Source: the human T2T-CHM13v2.0 reference genome, Homo sapiens. Taken from it: 64,000 bases of DNA. A program made the translations under genes and the position numbers. Under the pieces are notes generated by a model. It made no database searches, was not told where the DNA came from, and was given only the letters and a program-made list of their open reading frames with translations. Below are positions 11,131 to 24,440 of this stretch, piece by piece. Numbering within the stretch: position 1 is the first letter of the stretch; each line of letters opens with the position of its first letter. The stretch lies in the NCBI RefSeq assembly GCF_009914755.1, contig NC_060933.1; one strand, written 5' to 3'.

Positions 11131-14100
11131 AATGAAGAAATGATATCTCCAAATTGCTATGACTTTCTGAATTATTTTCTCCACCATAAGCTCCTATGTT
11201 TGGCAAGTACTAGGCTTTAACACAATACAAACATCTCCATGTTAGGAAGACAGTCTGATCATATATTCCTCAATTCAGTGTAGTTTTACCTGGAACATAG
11301 AAAATGTATGATGCAAATTATCTGAGCCTCTAATGACTCTGATTGTCAAGAGTTGGCCTTGCAACTGAATTGTAGGAGGGTCATTTCATTAATTTCCATA
11401 GTAAGTTAGATCTACAGTTTAACTTCATTCTTACTTATATTTTGTTAATGGGGAAATCAAGGTCCCATAAAGGAGAATGGATTTTTTCACAGTCTTGTTC
11501 TTCACTGAATGAGGAACCCCTTAAATCAATGAAGCCATAAAATCCTAGTGCCACAGGCCCCTTAAAAATTACCCCATCTAATAACATAGATAAAGAACTC
11601 AGAGCAAGAAGAAAAAAAAAGGGACTTGCTCAAGATCACCCAGCACTTCAATGGTAGATTTAGGAATGAAATCCATATCTATGTGTACCCAGAGTTGGAA
11701 TCTCACTACTCTCCCTTCATGCTGCTGTTTGGAGAAAAACAGAAATGGAGAAAAGGAAATGAAATTATTCCAGGCACACATTTAGCAATGCTCATAAATC
11801 CTGACAATATTAACAACACACGACAGCTTCGTTGAACAAATTGGCAGTGAGTGTAGGCAGCTTAAGGAGACAGGAGGTCTGGAAAGGAAAAAAAAAAAAA
11901 AAAAAAAGGACCACCAGGCATACACAAAAATTTTCCCATTCTGCTCTTTTCTAAGTCTGTCTGTAAAACAAGGCCTCAGACAGGAGGTGCTGGGGAATGG
12001 TAAGAGTTTGAAGGAGGTGCTTGCATGGAGTGTGAGTGTATGTATGAGCACACTGGTGCACAGCTCCCAAGAGACTGTATGGGGAATAATCCTTTGTAAG
12101 ATGTCACTCATCCTTTATACAAATTAACCTCCACCTCCCTCATGCTGGGATTAATTTGCTCTTTGTTTCCTTGACATTCAGCTAGGGAGATCTCAGAAGA
12201 ATTAAAGAAAGTTCTTCAAGAGGTGAAAAGGGGAAGTCAGGGCTTCTGGGGCCTGGAACCCTGAGGAATCATCACCCGATGCAGCGCTTCCCTACAGGGA
12301 CAAAGAGGGAGATCTCTTGATCCCCAACTCCTATCTGCAGGAGGAAGCCCACCTCAGCCCCCAAATCCTGGTAAGTAAGAATAATATATCCTGTTTATTC
12401 TGTGCGTGGTCTATGCATTCCGTTGAGTACTTTGCCAGCGCCATACTAAATTTCACCAACTCACTGCCATGAAGGTTCTGGCTAGCCTAGGTTTTCTGCC
12501 ACATTCCTGACCTTGCCTAAAATGTTTGATTCTCTAGCCTCCAGTCAAATGGGTTCTGGTTTAAAGGACCATCCACATGATTCCTCAGACTTCCCATACG
12601 GCCCCACCCCTTTGTTCTCTACCCCAAAGTTTCAGGTTCATGTCAGTCTATGTCCTCAAAAGGTCCAGCACTCTCCCAGAACTCGAAGCTTTAGCCATTA
12701 TGAAAAGTTCTGACACAAAGGGAGAATGTAAAAATAAATATAAAACACCACAAGATACATGCTCAAAGGTATGGCTCCTCCGTTTTTCCTCTTAGCTGTG
12801 TATCTGTTTGCTGTCAGTTTGCATGAATAAATAAGTCACCTAACATTACTTCTGGAAAGAGGAGCAATATAAATAAATGCATAATTAAGAATAAATAATG
12901 CTAACATCAAATTAATGAAGAGGGGTTTTAAAAATACATGTATGCAAATCACACCTTAGGTGAGAAATCTAAAAAATCACACATACCCTATGGTACCTCT
13001 GCATCAGTGCAACAAATTACTATGAAATGGGGAATTCCCATTTTATACATGGGTCTACAGAGGCCAATGGAGAAAAAATAGTCATGGGTTAAATGGCATA
13101 TTCAAAGACAAAATTATTGGATTGGTCACAGGGCAATGACCTGTGATTTCTGGGTTGCAGAGATCAAAATTCCTGCACATTAAGGCCTATCCTAATAAAC
13201 TCTGAGAAGTTAGAATGCGGAGAAATAAAAAGAGAGGTCATTTTTAATTCTTTATTATCTACCATATGTTTCAAAAGACCAGGTATGTGATTATGCCTGG
13301 CATTGGACTGGGTGGTTGCAAGCATTGTTCTTTTCATTCTTATAACAGCACCGTTAAGTAATAACACTATGTCAGGTAAGCACAGTGAAGAGTAGAGAAA
13401 GAAAGCAACTTTCTGGAGGCAAAATAACTCTTAAGTGTATTCTGTGCATTTGTATAACTTCAATATGTTTGAATTTTTACTGCTGGGATTCCCTTTTAAT
13501 GATGAGATTAGGTAATGAGGTATCATGGAGAGAAAAGTGGGGAGCTTCCCTTTAAATAACCAACTAGTAGACACTGTTTTAAGTGAAAACACTATATGGG
13601 GCACAATGAGTGAGCTCATAGCCAAGGGGAGAAGCAGAAGCAAACACAACTGACCTAATATCCAAGGCATGGGGGTGGGAGGCCAAGGTGCTCATGACCT
13701 CGGGCAAGCCAATAGCAGGTACAATAAATTAGCTCACCTTCTCTCACACAGCTAAGTGAGGTAACAGATGTGATCATGTTTTGCCATGTACAAAGTGCTA
13801 CCAAGAATCTGTATTCCATGGAATTATCAAAATCTAATTTTGTCCTTATTCATATAAAAAATAAGGAATCGATGATTATCTCGCATTTATCTATCTACAA
13901 CTTCACAGTGTTTAATACTTCCTCATCATCCTCTCATCCTCACGGACATATGGAGAGAACAGAAGGATTAGGAAAGATTGCCATTTTCTTCCAATGCATC
14001 TACTAGTCTTCTATGCAGCATCTGACTATTTGTTAATTATTATTTTCTACTCAAATTACTATTCAGGACAACTAGTGTCCTGATCCAATCTCGTGCTCAA

Positions 14101-14544
14101 TATAACCTCAATGGATGTGTCTCCCCCAACCTTTTAATCCCCCAAATAAAGCATGCCCACTTAGCCTCTATTTCTTCCTAGACCTGCATCTAAAACCTCC
14201 TTTCTTGAAGCATATAAGCACCTTCAATCCTACAGATCCTATCCATTTATCAGTTCATCCATCCATTCAGCCCTCCTCCCATCTTCAAATCTTTCCAAAA
14301 ACTTTTTCAGATGCCCCATCTTGTGCTGGGCACACATAAGAAAAGGTCCTTTCTCTAAGGAGCTTAGCAATTAATTGGAAAAACAGAGGATACTTAAAAC
14401 ATACCCTAACACGTAGAAGAAAACGATCAATCATATAAGACAAAATAGGGGAAGGTGCTTCTTCCCCCCTCCACCCTACTGGCACTAATCTACCAAGCTT
14501 TAGCTTTTTAATGGCTTTGGTAGGCACTGAATACGGGTGGATTA

Positions 14545-14643
14545 TTGGGTTGGTGCAAAAGTAATTTTTTTTTTTGCCATTATCTTTTTTTTTGCCATTA
14601 TCTTTAATAGCAAAAAAATGCAATAACTTTTGCACCAACCTAA
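14545..14643. mobile_element. MADE1 mariner MITE with internal duplication
   Basis: TIRs ttgggttggtgcaaaagtaatt / aataacttttgcaccaacctaa, with TA on both sides. tttttttgccattatcttt is present twice. Confidence 0.93.
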
Positions 14644-14989
14644 TATCTTAACTTTCAGGCCTGGTCATCAAAACTCAACAGCACACCTGTCCATGGGAAC
14701 TCTCTTTTCTACCTCTCCAGACCTCACAGCTGTGTGCGTAATTTTAGTCCCCCAGCTTTGATTGCTATCTCTCATCAACCACATGAGTTAATGCAGTTAT
14801 CTAGGGGACAGGTAGACACTAGGATGTAGACTGACTGCGGGTGATGATGGGGGAGCTGTAGACCTGGGCTGCTGCTTGAGCTGCTGTTTGATCCCAGCTT
14901 TCCCTCAGGGCAAGCAGAGGTAATGGGCACAGCAGGATTTAGGCATCTGTGGTTCCTGACTACAACACCATCAAACCCCCAATTTTCTC

Positions 14990-15150
14990 TCACAACTGGT
15001 ATTAGTATTTCACATCTAGCCCATGAGGCAACTGAGGCTCACAGAGGGCAATTGACTTTGTTCCAGGTTACACAACTATCAAGTGGCAGAATCAGGGTAG
15101 GAACTTCAATGTGTCTAACTCCACGAGCGCTCTTTCCACTATGCCACACC
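14990..15150 (-). mobile_element. MIR SINE
   Basis: catgaggcaactgaggctcacagagggcaattgactttgttccaggttacacaact. Confidence 0.8.
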
Positions 15151-15950
15151 GCATTGGAGCTGAGATTTGAAGGGTACACATGATCTGTGTGCCGCAGAGG
15201 CAGAAAGAGGCAAGGTCACCCTGTCCCACTTTAAAAGGTCTGCTGAGATCTCACACACATGCACATGCACACACACACAGTCCGCTGCTGCCACACCTCC
15301 AATGTCATCAGGCCAGCTGTCTTTACAAAAGCCAAAAAAAAGGAACTCCTTTGCCAACACTCCGTTTACAAAGAATAAAAAGAGAGAAACATCATGCCTT
15401 TTCCTGAAGAAACTTTTTCTGTTAAGAAGCAAGAACCCAACAGCTTCCCTGAGACCCATTTTTCATACGATTAATGTCAGGCCTCTCATGTTTCCTAATG
15501 AAACCTGACACTAACTGAGAAAAATGGATACATTAATATTGAGTTCATTAGTAAATAGATTACCCAAATGTTTGGGGTGAGGGGAGGAAGAAGGTGAAGG
15601 AAGAAGGAGAAAGGGGAAGAGAAGCACACATACCACTCAGCTATTCTGGCAAGAGACTCTCTGAGGACCACATGCTAATCAAATATTTATGGATTTTAAT
15701 GCACCGATCTGTTAAGCCAGGAAATAGTCTCTTTTACAAAAAAAAAAAAAAAAAATTTAAAGAGGCCCACATGATACCATAGCGTTTTATTTAGATGGGA
15801 ACTGAGGCCTGTTGAGGAAAAGGCATGGCCCAGAGTGTGGCCTTAGTTACCTGGACAGGGAGAACAAATGACAGCTCTCAGAGACATCAGACCCTCCCTG
15901 TCCTCATCCCACACACACCTCTTCATGTCAACAGAAAGTGTCATGAAGCA

Positions 15951-16344
<394 letters not shown>

Positions 16345-18899
16345 CTACCACGCTAAGACCTGTGGGGGGAATGAAGGCAAAATGGAAACAGAAGAAGCTT
16401 GTTATTGGAGCCAGTAGAGCAGAAGAATCTGGCTCTTCCCCTTCCTTAGTGTGAGACCTTGGACAGCTCTCATAAAATCACTGTCACTGAGCTCCAGTGA
16501 GGTCACAGGCAGAAATGCTCTTAATGTAAATTGTCAAGTGCCATAAAAGGCACCATGTTGCTCTTTTGACAAGATATCCCCTTTTCTTTATGTCTATGTG
16601 ATGAGGCACAAAGTAAGGGTGAGGAGGCTAGGACCCCGGTCCCAGTTCCAACAGTGATTCATGGTGTGACCTTGTGCAATGCCCTTCCTCCCTCTAGGCT
16701 TCAGTGTGCCCATCAGCAACATGGCCAGGCAGGACCACTACTCAATAACCATGTGGGGCCTTTGCATGGTCTTGTGCCTATGACAACCCTGAGAAGGCTC
16801 TAGGAGGAGGCCCTGCTCTTAAGCAGTGCCAGCATGGTGCTGGCTCCTCTAGGGACCCAAGGTTATCCTTGATTACAAGGTCAAAGTGAAGAGATATACA
16901 GGATTGAATTATCTCTTACAACTATTGTAGTTCTCACATTTTGTGTTTTTTAAAGCCCTTGAGCAAGGAAATCTCATGTCATGCTCTGAAGAGAAAACAA
17001 CTTAATAAAAGTGAGGACAGAAAGAAAGAAGGAAATAGTCCAGGTAGAAATGGACCCCAGAGAAAGTAAATGTTCATGAATCAAATCGTTTTTTTTCCTG
17101 GTTGCTGCATTTCTCTCTGTCATGGGTACTTTATTCACTGAGATAGGAATGATCTGCCAAAGCATTTTTACACACAAGAGATGGAGATACACAGACAGAT
17201 GGTGAGAGACATAGACAGACACAGCCTCTAAGCTAGGGGCAGAAACTTTCCTGTTCTTTGTGAGCAGGAGGTTAAGAAAACAAAAAGAAGGAGAAAGGGA
17301 TAATAATAATTTTTTGAAAAATCATAAAGTAGCAAACGATCAAGCAAAAGACAATGCCAGATTCAAAGAAGGATCTTTGTATTCCAAACAGCAGTGACAT
17401 TTCCTTAAACAGCAAAGTGGATCCTTTTATCTGGGTCTTTTTATGGGCCTTTTGCCACCAGATTTATCAGCAGAGAGAGAAAAGCATGAAAAGGAAAGTG
17501 TAAAGTGCATAGGAGGATACAAAGCAGGAAACAAAAATGCATTTTTCCCCCAAATCTTCTAATGAGACTCACTAGCTCTATTGTGACAAAGTGAGAGGTC
17601 TCTGTGGAGTTCATTTCACATCTCATCCATCCTCAGAGTAATGGGAAAATCCTGCCTTGTTTCTGCAAAATACCAGCACACACTGTGTGCCATATACACT
17701 CAATTCCATTAGAGGTAATGGAAGAAGATTGTTCCAGAAGTTGTTTTCAATTGCTTGAGTGCACCCTTCATTTAGGGAAACAAGAATATATGAGCTGTTT
17801 GACTCAAATTGAAGTATGGACCCAACTTTGCAGCTATAGCTATGGTTATTCTCTTCTGGATGCCTAGGTGAGGACCTGGTCAAATATCACCTCTCCCCAT
17901 GGTTGAAGAGATAATATTTAGCATCTCCATTTCATGTCATGTATTACAAAGCAGCACACAGCTATTCATTAACTGTTGTTAACGGAACTCAGGTCCCCGA
18001 ACAAAGGCATCCTGGGTCTGTGAATAGGACAATCAGGTTCAGAGACAGGAGAACCCACATGCTAAAATGCCAGATGGTTGGGAGCTTGAATCCCCCATTC
18101 TGCCACTTCTAGATGCTTTACTGTTGGCATGCCACTTAGCCTCACTGAAACTCAGTTTTATCAGCTGAAAAATGAAACAAAAATAATACATGTTTGTTCG
18201 AATAATTCAATTTATGTGGCAAGGCTGGTGAAAAGTCTGTTAGAAATCATATAGAACTTGGGAAATGCTAATGAGCAGCAGTGAATCGGAGTTTCCCAAA
18301 GTGAGTCCTGCCTCTGAACCATCCTCTTCTTTGTGTGATTTTGTGAATTTAGAAGGTCAGGTTTTCAGAGTAGCCCAGGGATCGTTTGGTACTGCCACTA
18401 ATAAACTAGGAACATTTGGTCATTTGTTTCCTCTGGCTAGGTCCTGGTTTCCTCACCTACAAGGTCCTGGCTTCTTCACCTACAAAATGAGGGGAGACTG
18501 ACTTAACACGCAATATTACCATTTTCAAACTGTGTTTTCAGAACAGAATTGTTTCTTCCAACACGGTTTTATATAGAAGAAATAGAATATCCATAACAAA
18601 TAAGAATGGGTTAACAAATAACAATGCGGACCAGGAACCCTGCATATTTCCATGTCCCTGATGACCTTCAGTGGCATCTCTTCTGGGGAAGCCAAGGGTA
18701 CTGTGGCATACTTTGAGTCTTGACAACATTGAGTCGCCATCAAATGACATTCTGGGAGGCCACAGACCAGAAGTCCCATGGGAATTTCAGGAGCTTGGTG
18801 GGTTGGATAGCTTTTTCCTGATTGGCTTCCAAAGTTAGGCAAGGGGAATAGTTCCCCCCTCACTGCATCTCACACTCACTTCAGAAAAACTAAAGTAGG

Positions 18900-19120
18900 A
18901 AGAGTCAGAAGTCTAACATCAGTTTAACTGGCCAAAATCAAAGTATGTGCAGGGCTGCAATTTCTCTAGAGGCTCTAGGGGAGAAACTATTCCTTGCCTT
19001 TTCCAGCTTCTGCTAGCTTTCCTTGGCTTGTGGCTGCATCTGTTCAATCTCTACCTTTCTGAATGTGCCATCACCTCTTCTGTCTGAAGTCAAATCTCCC
19101 TCTGCTTCCCTTTTATCAGA
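18900..19120 (-). mobile_element. MLT1 (C/D-like) LTR fragment
   Basis: aaaatcaaagtatgtgcagggctgc...gaggctctaggggagaaactattccttgccttttccagcttct. Confidence 0.75.
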
Positions 19121-19309
19121 ATTTTATAGTTACTTTTGTTCAAACTACATTCTGCTCTAAATTCACTTGTACATAGCTTACTCATGCTGAAGAATCAATT
19201 TGAAAGCTCATCCAAGAAGCTTTCTCGGATTCCTACAGTGCATGAACTTGCTTTTCCCTGGAATAGAGTCACAGAAAACATTTGAACTGCTGTGATGTCA
19301 TTGACAATA

Positions 19310-19540
19310 GTAACAATAGATAACGTTTGTGTGGCACTCCCCAAGACTCAGGCATTGTGATAACTAACACTTTCCATGAATAATGTCATAGAATTCTCAC
19401 AAACATCCTGTGAGATAGACACTATTATTTTCAACCCCATGTACATATGAGAATACTGAGAGTTGGAGAGACTGAGTAACATGCCCTAGATGACTCAGCT
19501 AGCAAGGAATGAAAAGCACATTCTAACTCCACCCACATAT
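19310..19540 (-). mobile_element. MIR SINE
   Basis: aattctcacaaacatcctgtgagatagacactattatt...atgagaatactgagagttggagag. Confidence 0.75.
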
Positions 19541-21049
19541 ATAGTTCCAGGATCCCATCTCTCTACCTCACATTAATTAGTTCTATACCAGCTTTATGTT
19601 TCCTACTAGAATGTGCATGTTTTAAAGGCTGAGCTTTCTGCATTTTTATGCCCCTCCTGCACCTGGCACAATCCCTGATTCCATGAATAATTAATTGAAA
19701 AAGAAATAAAAATATAAAAGAAAGAAGAAAGAGATCAAGGAAGGCAGCAAGGACAGAAGAAAGTAGAAAGTAGAGGGAGAGAAGAAGGAAGGAGGGGGGA
19801 TGAAGGAGCTGGAAATACTCTGAAAATGTCACCCAAAGCATCTCTGTCTTAGATGTTACTCCAAAAATTCCTGAAGCAGGAAAAGCATCTCCCAAGGTGG
19901 CCCCATCATTAGTTCCAGTAGAGAGACATGGGGAGGTGGGAAAGGAGATCTCTCCAGCACAGCATGCCTGAAAAACGATGCCAGAACTACACAGCCTTCC
20001 ACAAAAGCACGTGGAGAAAAAAAAAACCCATCCCCAAAAGCAGCATTAACAGGAGAATATTAAACCCTCTACCATGGCACAGTGAATAAGACTTCAAAGC
20101 CCTCTACGTATGGAAATGAATCCTGCAGGCAGGTTTGGGAGCTAGAGCTAGGATGCCGGGCACCAGGGCTGATGAAAGCAAAGGCAGTGTGAAGATTTGC
20201 TCAGCCATGATAAGTCCAGGTCCCCAAAGACCCTGCCCCTCCCCTGCTTCATTCATTCCCAGGACCCTGGGAGTTCCAGAAGGAAAAGTGTTGTATTAAC
20301 GCTCAGTACCACAAACCACTTGGTAAGCTACCTGGCTTCTGGAAGACAGCAGTGCCCAGGGTTGCCTGTGTTTGTCTTTGTGTACACACACAACCTATGC
20401 GCACACACCCCATAGAGTGACACAGAATCATGGACAACATAGCAGCTCCTTGTATGAGAAGAAGCATGTTTCTCTTATGCAATTCATCTCCTTACTCCTC
20501 AATGATTTATTTTGTTTTCATTTCTTCATCCTTGAGCCTAAAGCTAAGGGAAGAGGAAAGAATGAACACGGGTTTCAACTCTAGACCTAAGAGTAATGAA
20601 AAGGGTGAGGCAGAGGGAATACAGGGGAGGGAAGCAGCCCAGGCAGAGGCATTGTGTGCAATACTAATGTGAATGCTGCCCTTCCATTGCTCATTTTTCC
20701 TAAAGGCCCTGATGTATTTTTCATCCAAACATAAATTAGTTTTATTCATTTATTTATTCAGGAATGTTGATATCAACACTGACACATGCCGCCTGTACAA
20801 GAGTGGGGAACGTTTTTCTCCCTGGGGCATGAACAGGTTGGGGCTAAATGAAAGGACCCAGGAATCTAAGGAAGCCAGGGTTAGAGGTGGGAGGGTCCAT
20901 GGAGATAAAAGAGCCCAACTTGGAGCTGTGTTTTCTGCAGCACAAAGGAGCCCAGGAGAGGACTGCCAGGAGCCAAGCCTGTAGTTAATTGAATCCTCCA
21001 GCCAGCAAGGCTTGCTCTTGCTACTCATGCTTTGTTTTATTATTTTACA

Positions 21050-21590
21050 TTCACTCCTGTGAATGTTCAACCAGTATATATTGAGTACCTAGTATGTGTC
21101 AGCCACAGTCTAGGTCCTAGGCCTTCAGTAGAAAATAAAGAGTTAAAAATCCCTGACCAGATGGATTTACAACCTAAAGGAGCATCAGATGTAAACAAGT
21201 ATGAATCATAACCACAGCTACTTTCTGAGAGCTCTCAATGTACCTTGCATGACTCTAAGTGCTTCAGACATAGTAAATCACTTAATCTTTACAAAATCCC
21301 TACCGTAATCCTGCAATGATAGATAAGGAAACTGTGGCTCAAAGAGATGACGATCTTGCCCAAGGTCACACAGCTGATAGGTGGCAGAGCTTGGTTTTCA
21401 AACTCAGGCTGTCTGGCCCTTACTGAATTCAAGCAAATTGAAACTAAACAAAAACAAATGCAGGTTACAACTGGTGTTAAGTGCCATCAAGGAAATGAAC
21501 AGGATGCAATGACAAGAAATAACTGAGGCAAAGGGCTTCTCTGGACAAGGTAGTCAGGGAGGGCTTCTCAGAGGAGGTAACATGTAAACT
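21050..21590 (-). mobile_element. L2 fragment interrupted by a MIR (about 21210-21420, minus strand)
   Basis: tatattgagtacctagtatgtgtcagccacag ... agtcagggagggcttctcagaggaggtaacat. MIR core ataaggaaactgtggctcaaagag...cttgcccaaggtcacacagct. Confidence 0.72.
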
Positions 21591-21840
21591 AGAGAACGCT
21601 ACAGATTGTTACCAGAAAATACATACACTTCCCTAGTCCACTTTCTTTAACCTTTTAACTTCTTTTTCTCTTCCACCCCATCTCTTCACCAATATCCTCA
21701 ATTCTGCAGTTTTCTTATTAGAACTACTTACTCTCATTAATTAGTTCTGTCTATCCACTATTAAGGTTTTCTTGTAACTCCCATTCTGCCCATTCTGGCC
21801 TATATTTTAATCCTCACATTGCCACTTAGTGAACTAAGAG

Positions 21841-21842
<2 letters not shown>

Positions 21843-21871
<29 letters not shown>
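21843..21871 (+). repeat. Poly(A) tract (29 nt)
   Basis: Uninterrupted A run. Confidence 0.95.
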
Positions 21872-21873
<2 letters not shown>

Positions 21874-22159
21874 AAAAGGAAAAATTATACCAGGCATTTT
21901 CCAGATGTTTTATTGTCTAACCCTCAGTGGAGGCTCAGGGGTGTTACAGAATTTTTCCAAAGCTACCTGGCCCATGGGATTACAAAGAGTAAAGATGAGA
22001 CTCACTTGTACTGACTCTTTGTCCAGAGCACCCTGTTATTCCATCAAGGTTTTAGTTACTTTTTTAAAAGGATTTGCATATCTCAAATCAAGGTAAGGCA
22101 TAGAACACTAGGAAACAGTATAACCAACGTAGAGTTTACTAACTTCTGTGCTAAGTTTC

Positions 22160-22305
22160 TTGGACAAATGTTGTGTAAATGCTTGGTCAGGTTCAGGATC
22201 CAGTAGAATGTACAGAATTCAGATCTGTATTATCCTACAGAATTCAGATCCATATACTCTACTGAATTCTGAACTTGACCATGCATTTAGATAGCATTTG
22301 TCCAA
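22160..22305. repeat. Foldback: 53-bp inverted arms with 40-bp loop
   Basis: 22160-22212 matches the reverse complement of 22253-22305 at 44 of 53 positions with no gaps. Confidence 0.92.
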
Positions 22306-22614
22306 CCAACTAACCAAACTCCTAACACACTCACCTGTGCTTATTTGCTACAATCCTATTATCTTAGTGCAGTAAGAGTTGCCCAATTCTTTCATTTTAC
22401 AGACATGAAAATTGATACCAAATCAAGGACAGAATCTGGGTTTCCTGACACATCGTTTAGCAGAAATAAGCAATTAAATATGGGGAAAAATAACTGTACC
22501 ATCATATGTGAAGTGGTAACATAGATATCTTAGATGTTCTCCTGCCAGTAGTGAGAGTGAACCTGTTCAGGGCCACCTCTATTCCCTCAAGGTGATACAT
22601 ATGATACATGGGTA

Positions 22615-22805
22615 TTAAAATCATACAGACATGGGTTCAAATCCTATCACTGCTAACCTCAATATATTCATTTCTCTGAACTTAATTTCCACTGTCTGCA
22701 AAATGGGGGCCCTAATACCTATGGTTTAAGGTTGTTATGAAGATTAAACTGGAATACACATAAAGAAATAAGATTAATGCTTGACACAGCATTTGGGCTC
22801 AATAC
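22615..22805 (+). mobile_element. MIR SINE
   Basis: agacatgggttcaaatcct...tttctctgaacttaatttccactgtctgcaaaatgggg...ggttgttatgaagattaaa. Confidence 0.8.
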
Positions 22806-23264
22806 ACACATTCTTTTTTGTTAATTATCATTAAATTAGTCAAGACTTACTAGTCTACCTACAAGGCTAAAGGGCATCCTGCTGCTTCTGCGGTGTGTGT
22901 TATCTGAGGTGGGATGACCTGGTATATCTGGCACTGGCCGACATCCAAGTAGGGGGCTTTGGAGTGAAAACTGTGGAAAATATAATGGGAGTGAGGTCAA
23001 GAAGAAAAGGCACATGCAGTGTTTCTCCAAAATCATGAAGAGGTTGGCGGTTGAGAAGCACTCTCTACAATGACCAATGGACTTTGTGGAGAGGTGGGCT
23101 TTTGGAGTGAGACACTTTAGAAATTCCTTCATAGATACATTATACTGATAGCGCACACATAGATGGCTGTCAACAATGAGAGAGCGCTTCCTGATTTAGT
23201 CTCTCATTTGCTCTCACCACCACCTGGGAGGTTGCCCCAGCTCTTCACTGTGCATACAATATGC

Positions 23265-23410
23265 TAGACACTGCATGCTAGATACGGCTAAGTCTCCTCA
23301 CGTTCTCACAACAAGCCTGTATGTAGGTCTTATCATTAACCTCATTTTATAATGAGGAAAATCATGGTTCAGAGAGATTAAGAGTTTGCCCTGAATCACA
23401 CAGCTAGCTA
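23265..23410 (-). mobile_element. MIR SINE
   Basis: ctcattttataatgaggaaaatcatggttcagagagattaagagtttgccctgaatcacacagctag. Confidence 0.75.
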
Positions 23411-24259
23411 GTAAGGCCTTCTGCTTTGTCTAGTGCAATTCTCTCTTGTAACCACACCCAATTATCTGTTCTTTATGTAGAAATATAAATATAAAGCAAA
23501 TGTTTTTTCTGAAAATCAGAAATAGGTAATAAATTAAAAATGAGAATGTGGTGGCTACAACCACACAAAGAAAGCAGCGGATTCTCAAGGGCTGGGAAGG
23601 TGTGAATTGCTAAAGAGGAACAAAAAGACACATCTGACCTCACATCTCTCCTTGTGCAAAGTCCCCAGCACTGGATGACAAGGGCACATGTGCTAAAGGG
23701 CAGTGAAGGCCTAGGGATCTAAGTGTTATATGTCCAGCTTTCTGAAGACTAACATAGCATATTAATTTAGATTTCAAAACCCTGTGCATGCTGCTTAGTT
23801 GGAAACTAAAGGAAATGAAAAGAAATTCTAATCAGGGTCTATTACCAGATAAGAAAATTACACTTAACTTACATTCTCATTATTTTTAATATTTGCAACC
23901 AACATTACACCAAGCTTAAAATCAGAGAGAAGCATAATCCATTTATAAGCATGAAGGTAGGTAACTGGGGAGGCCTGTTCAGCCTAGGCCTGGCACTTCA
24001 GGTCAACCCGTCTCCCAAGGTGGGGAAGATTAAGCAATTTGGTCAAAGGCAAAATGAAGTGGATATTCAAGGCAATTTTCCAGGTAGTTCAGTCTAAAAT
24101 TGACCACTCTGACTCAGGATGCCAAACAACTGAGAACATAAACAAAATATTGGGGATTAACTCTATTTCTCTTTTAACTCTACCGATACTCATTTCAATT
24201 TGCCATTCTTAGTCTGCATAGACATAATCCAAGAGATGTTAGGCAGTGTCAGATACAAG

Positions 24260-24440
24260 CATGTCTCTGAAAATGTGTCCCATGACACCCTATATCTACA
24301 TGGCATGAACAGGAAAGAGGGTGTTCTATCGTTAAAGAAATTTAGGAAATGTTGAGATAAGCAAAGAGAAATGGATCTATTTACTGTAAAGTTGCTCGGA
24401 GCCTATTTACTTGATATGCTGATTTGTGTTCTGTATCCTT
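24260..24440 (+). mobile_element. MER103-like hAT-Charlie fragment
   Basis: aaagaaatttaggaaatgttgagataagcaaag...tttactgtaaagttgctcggagcct. Confidence 0.6.
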
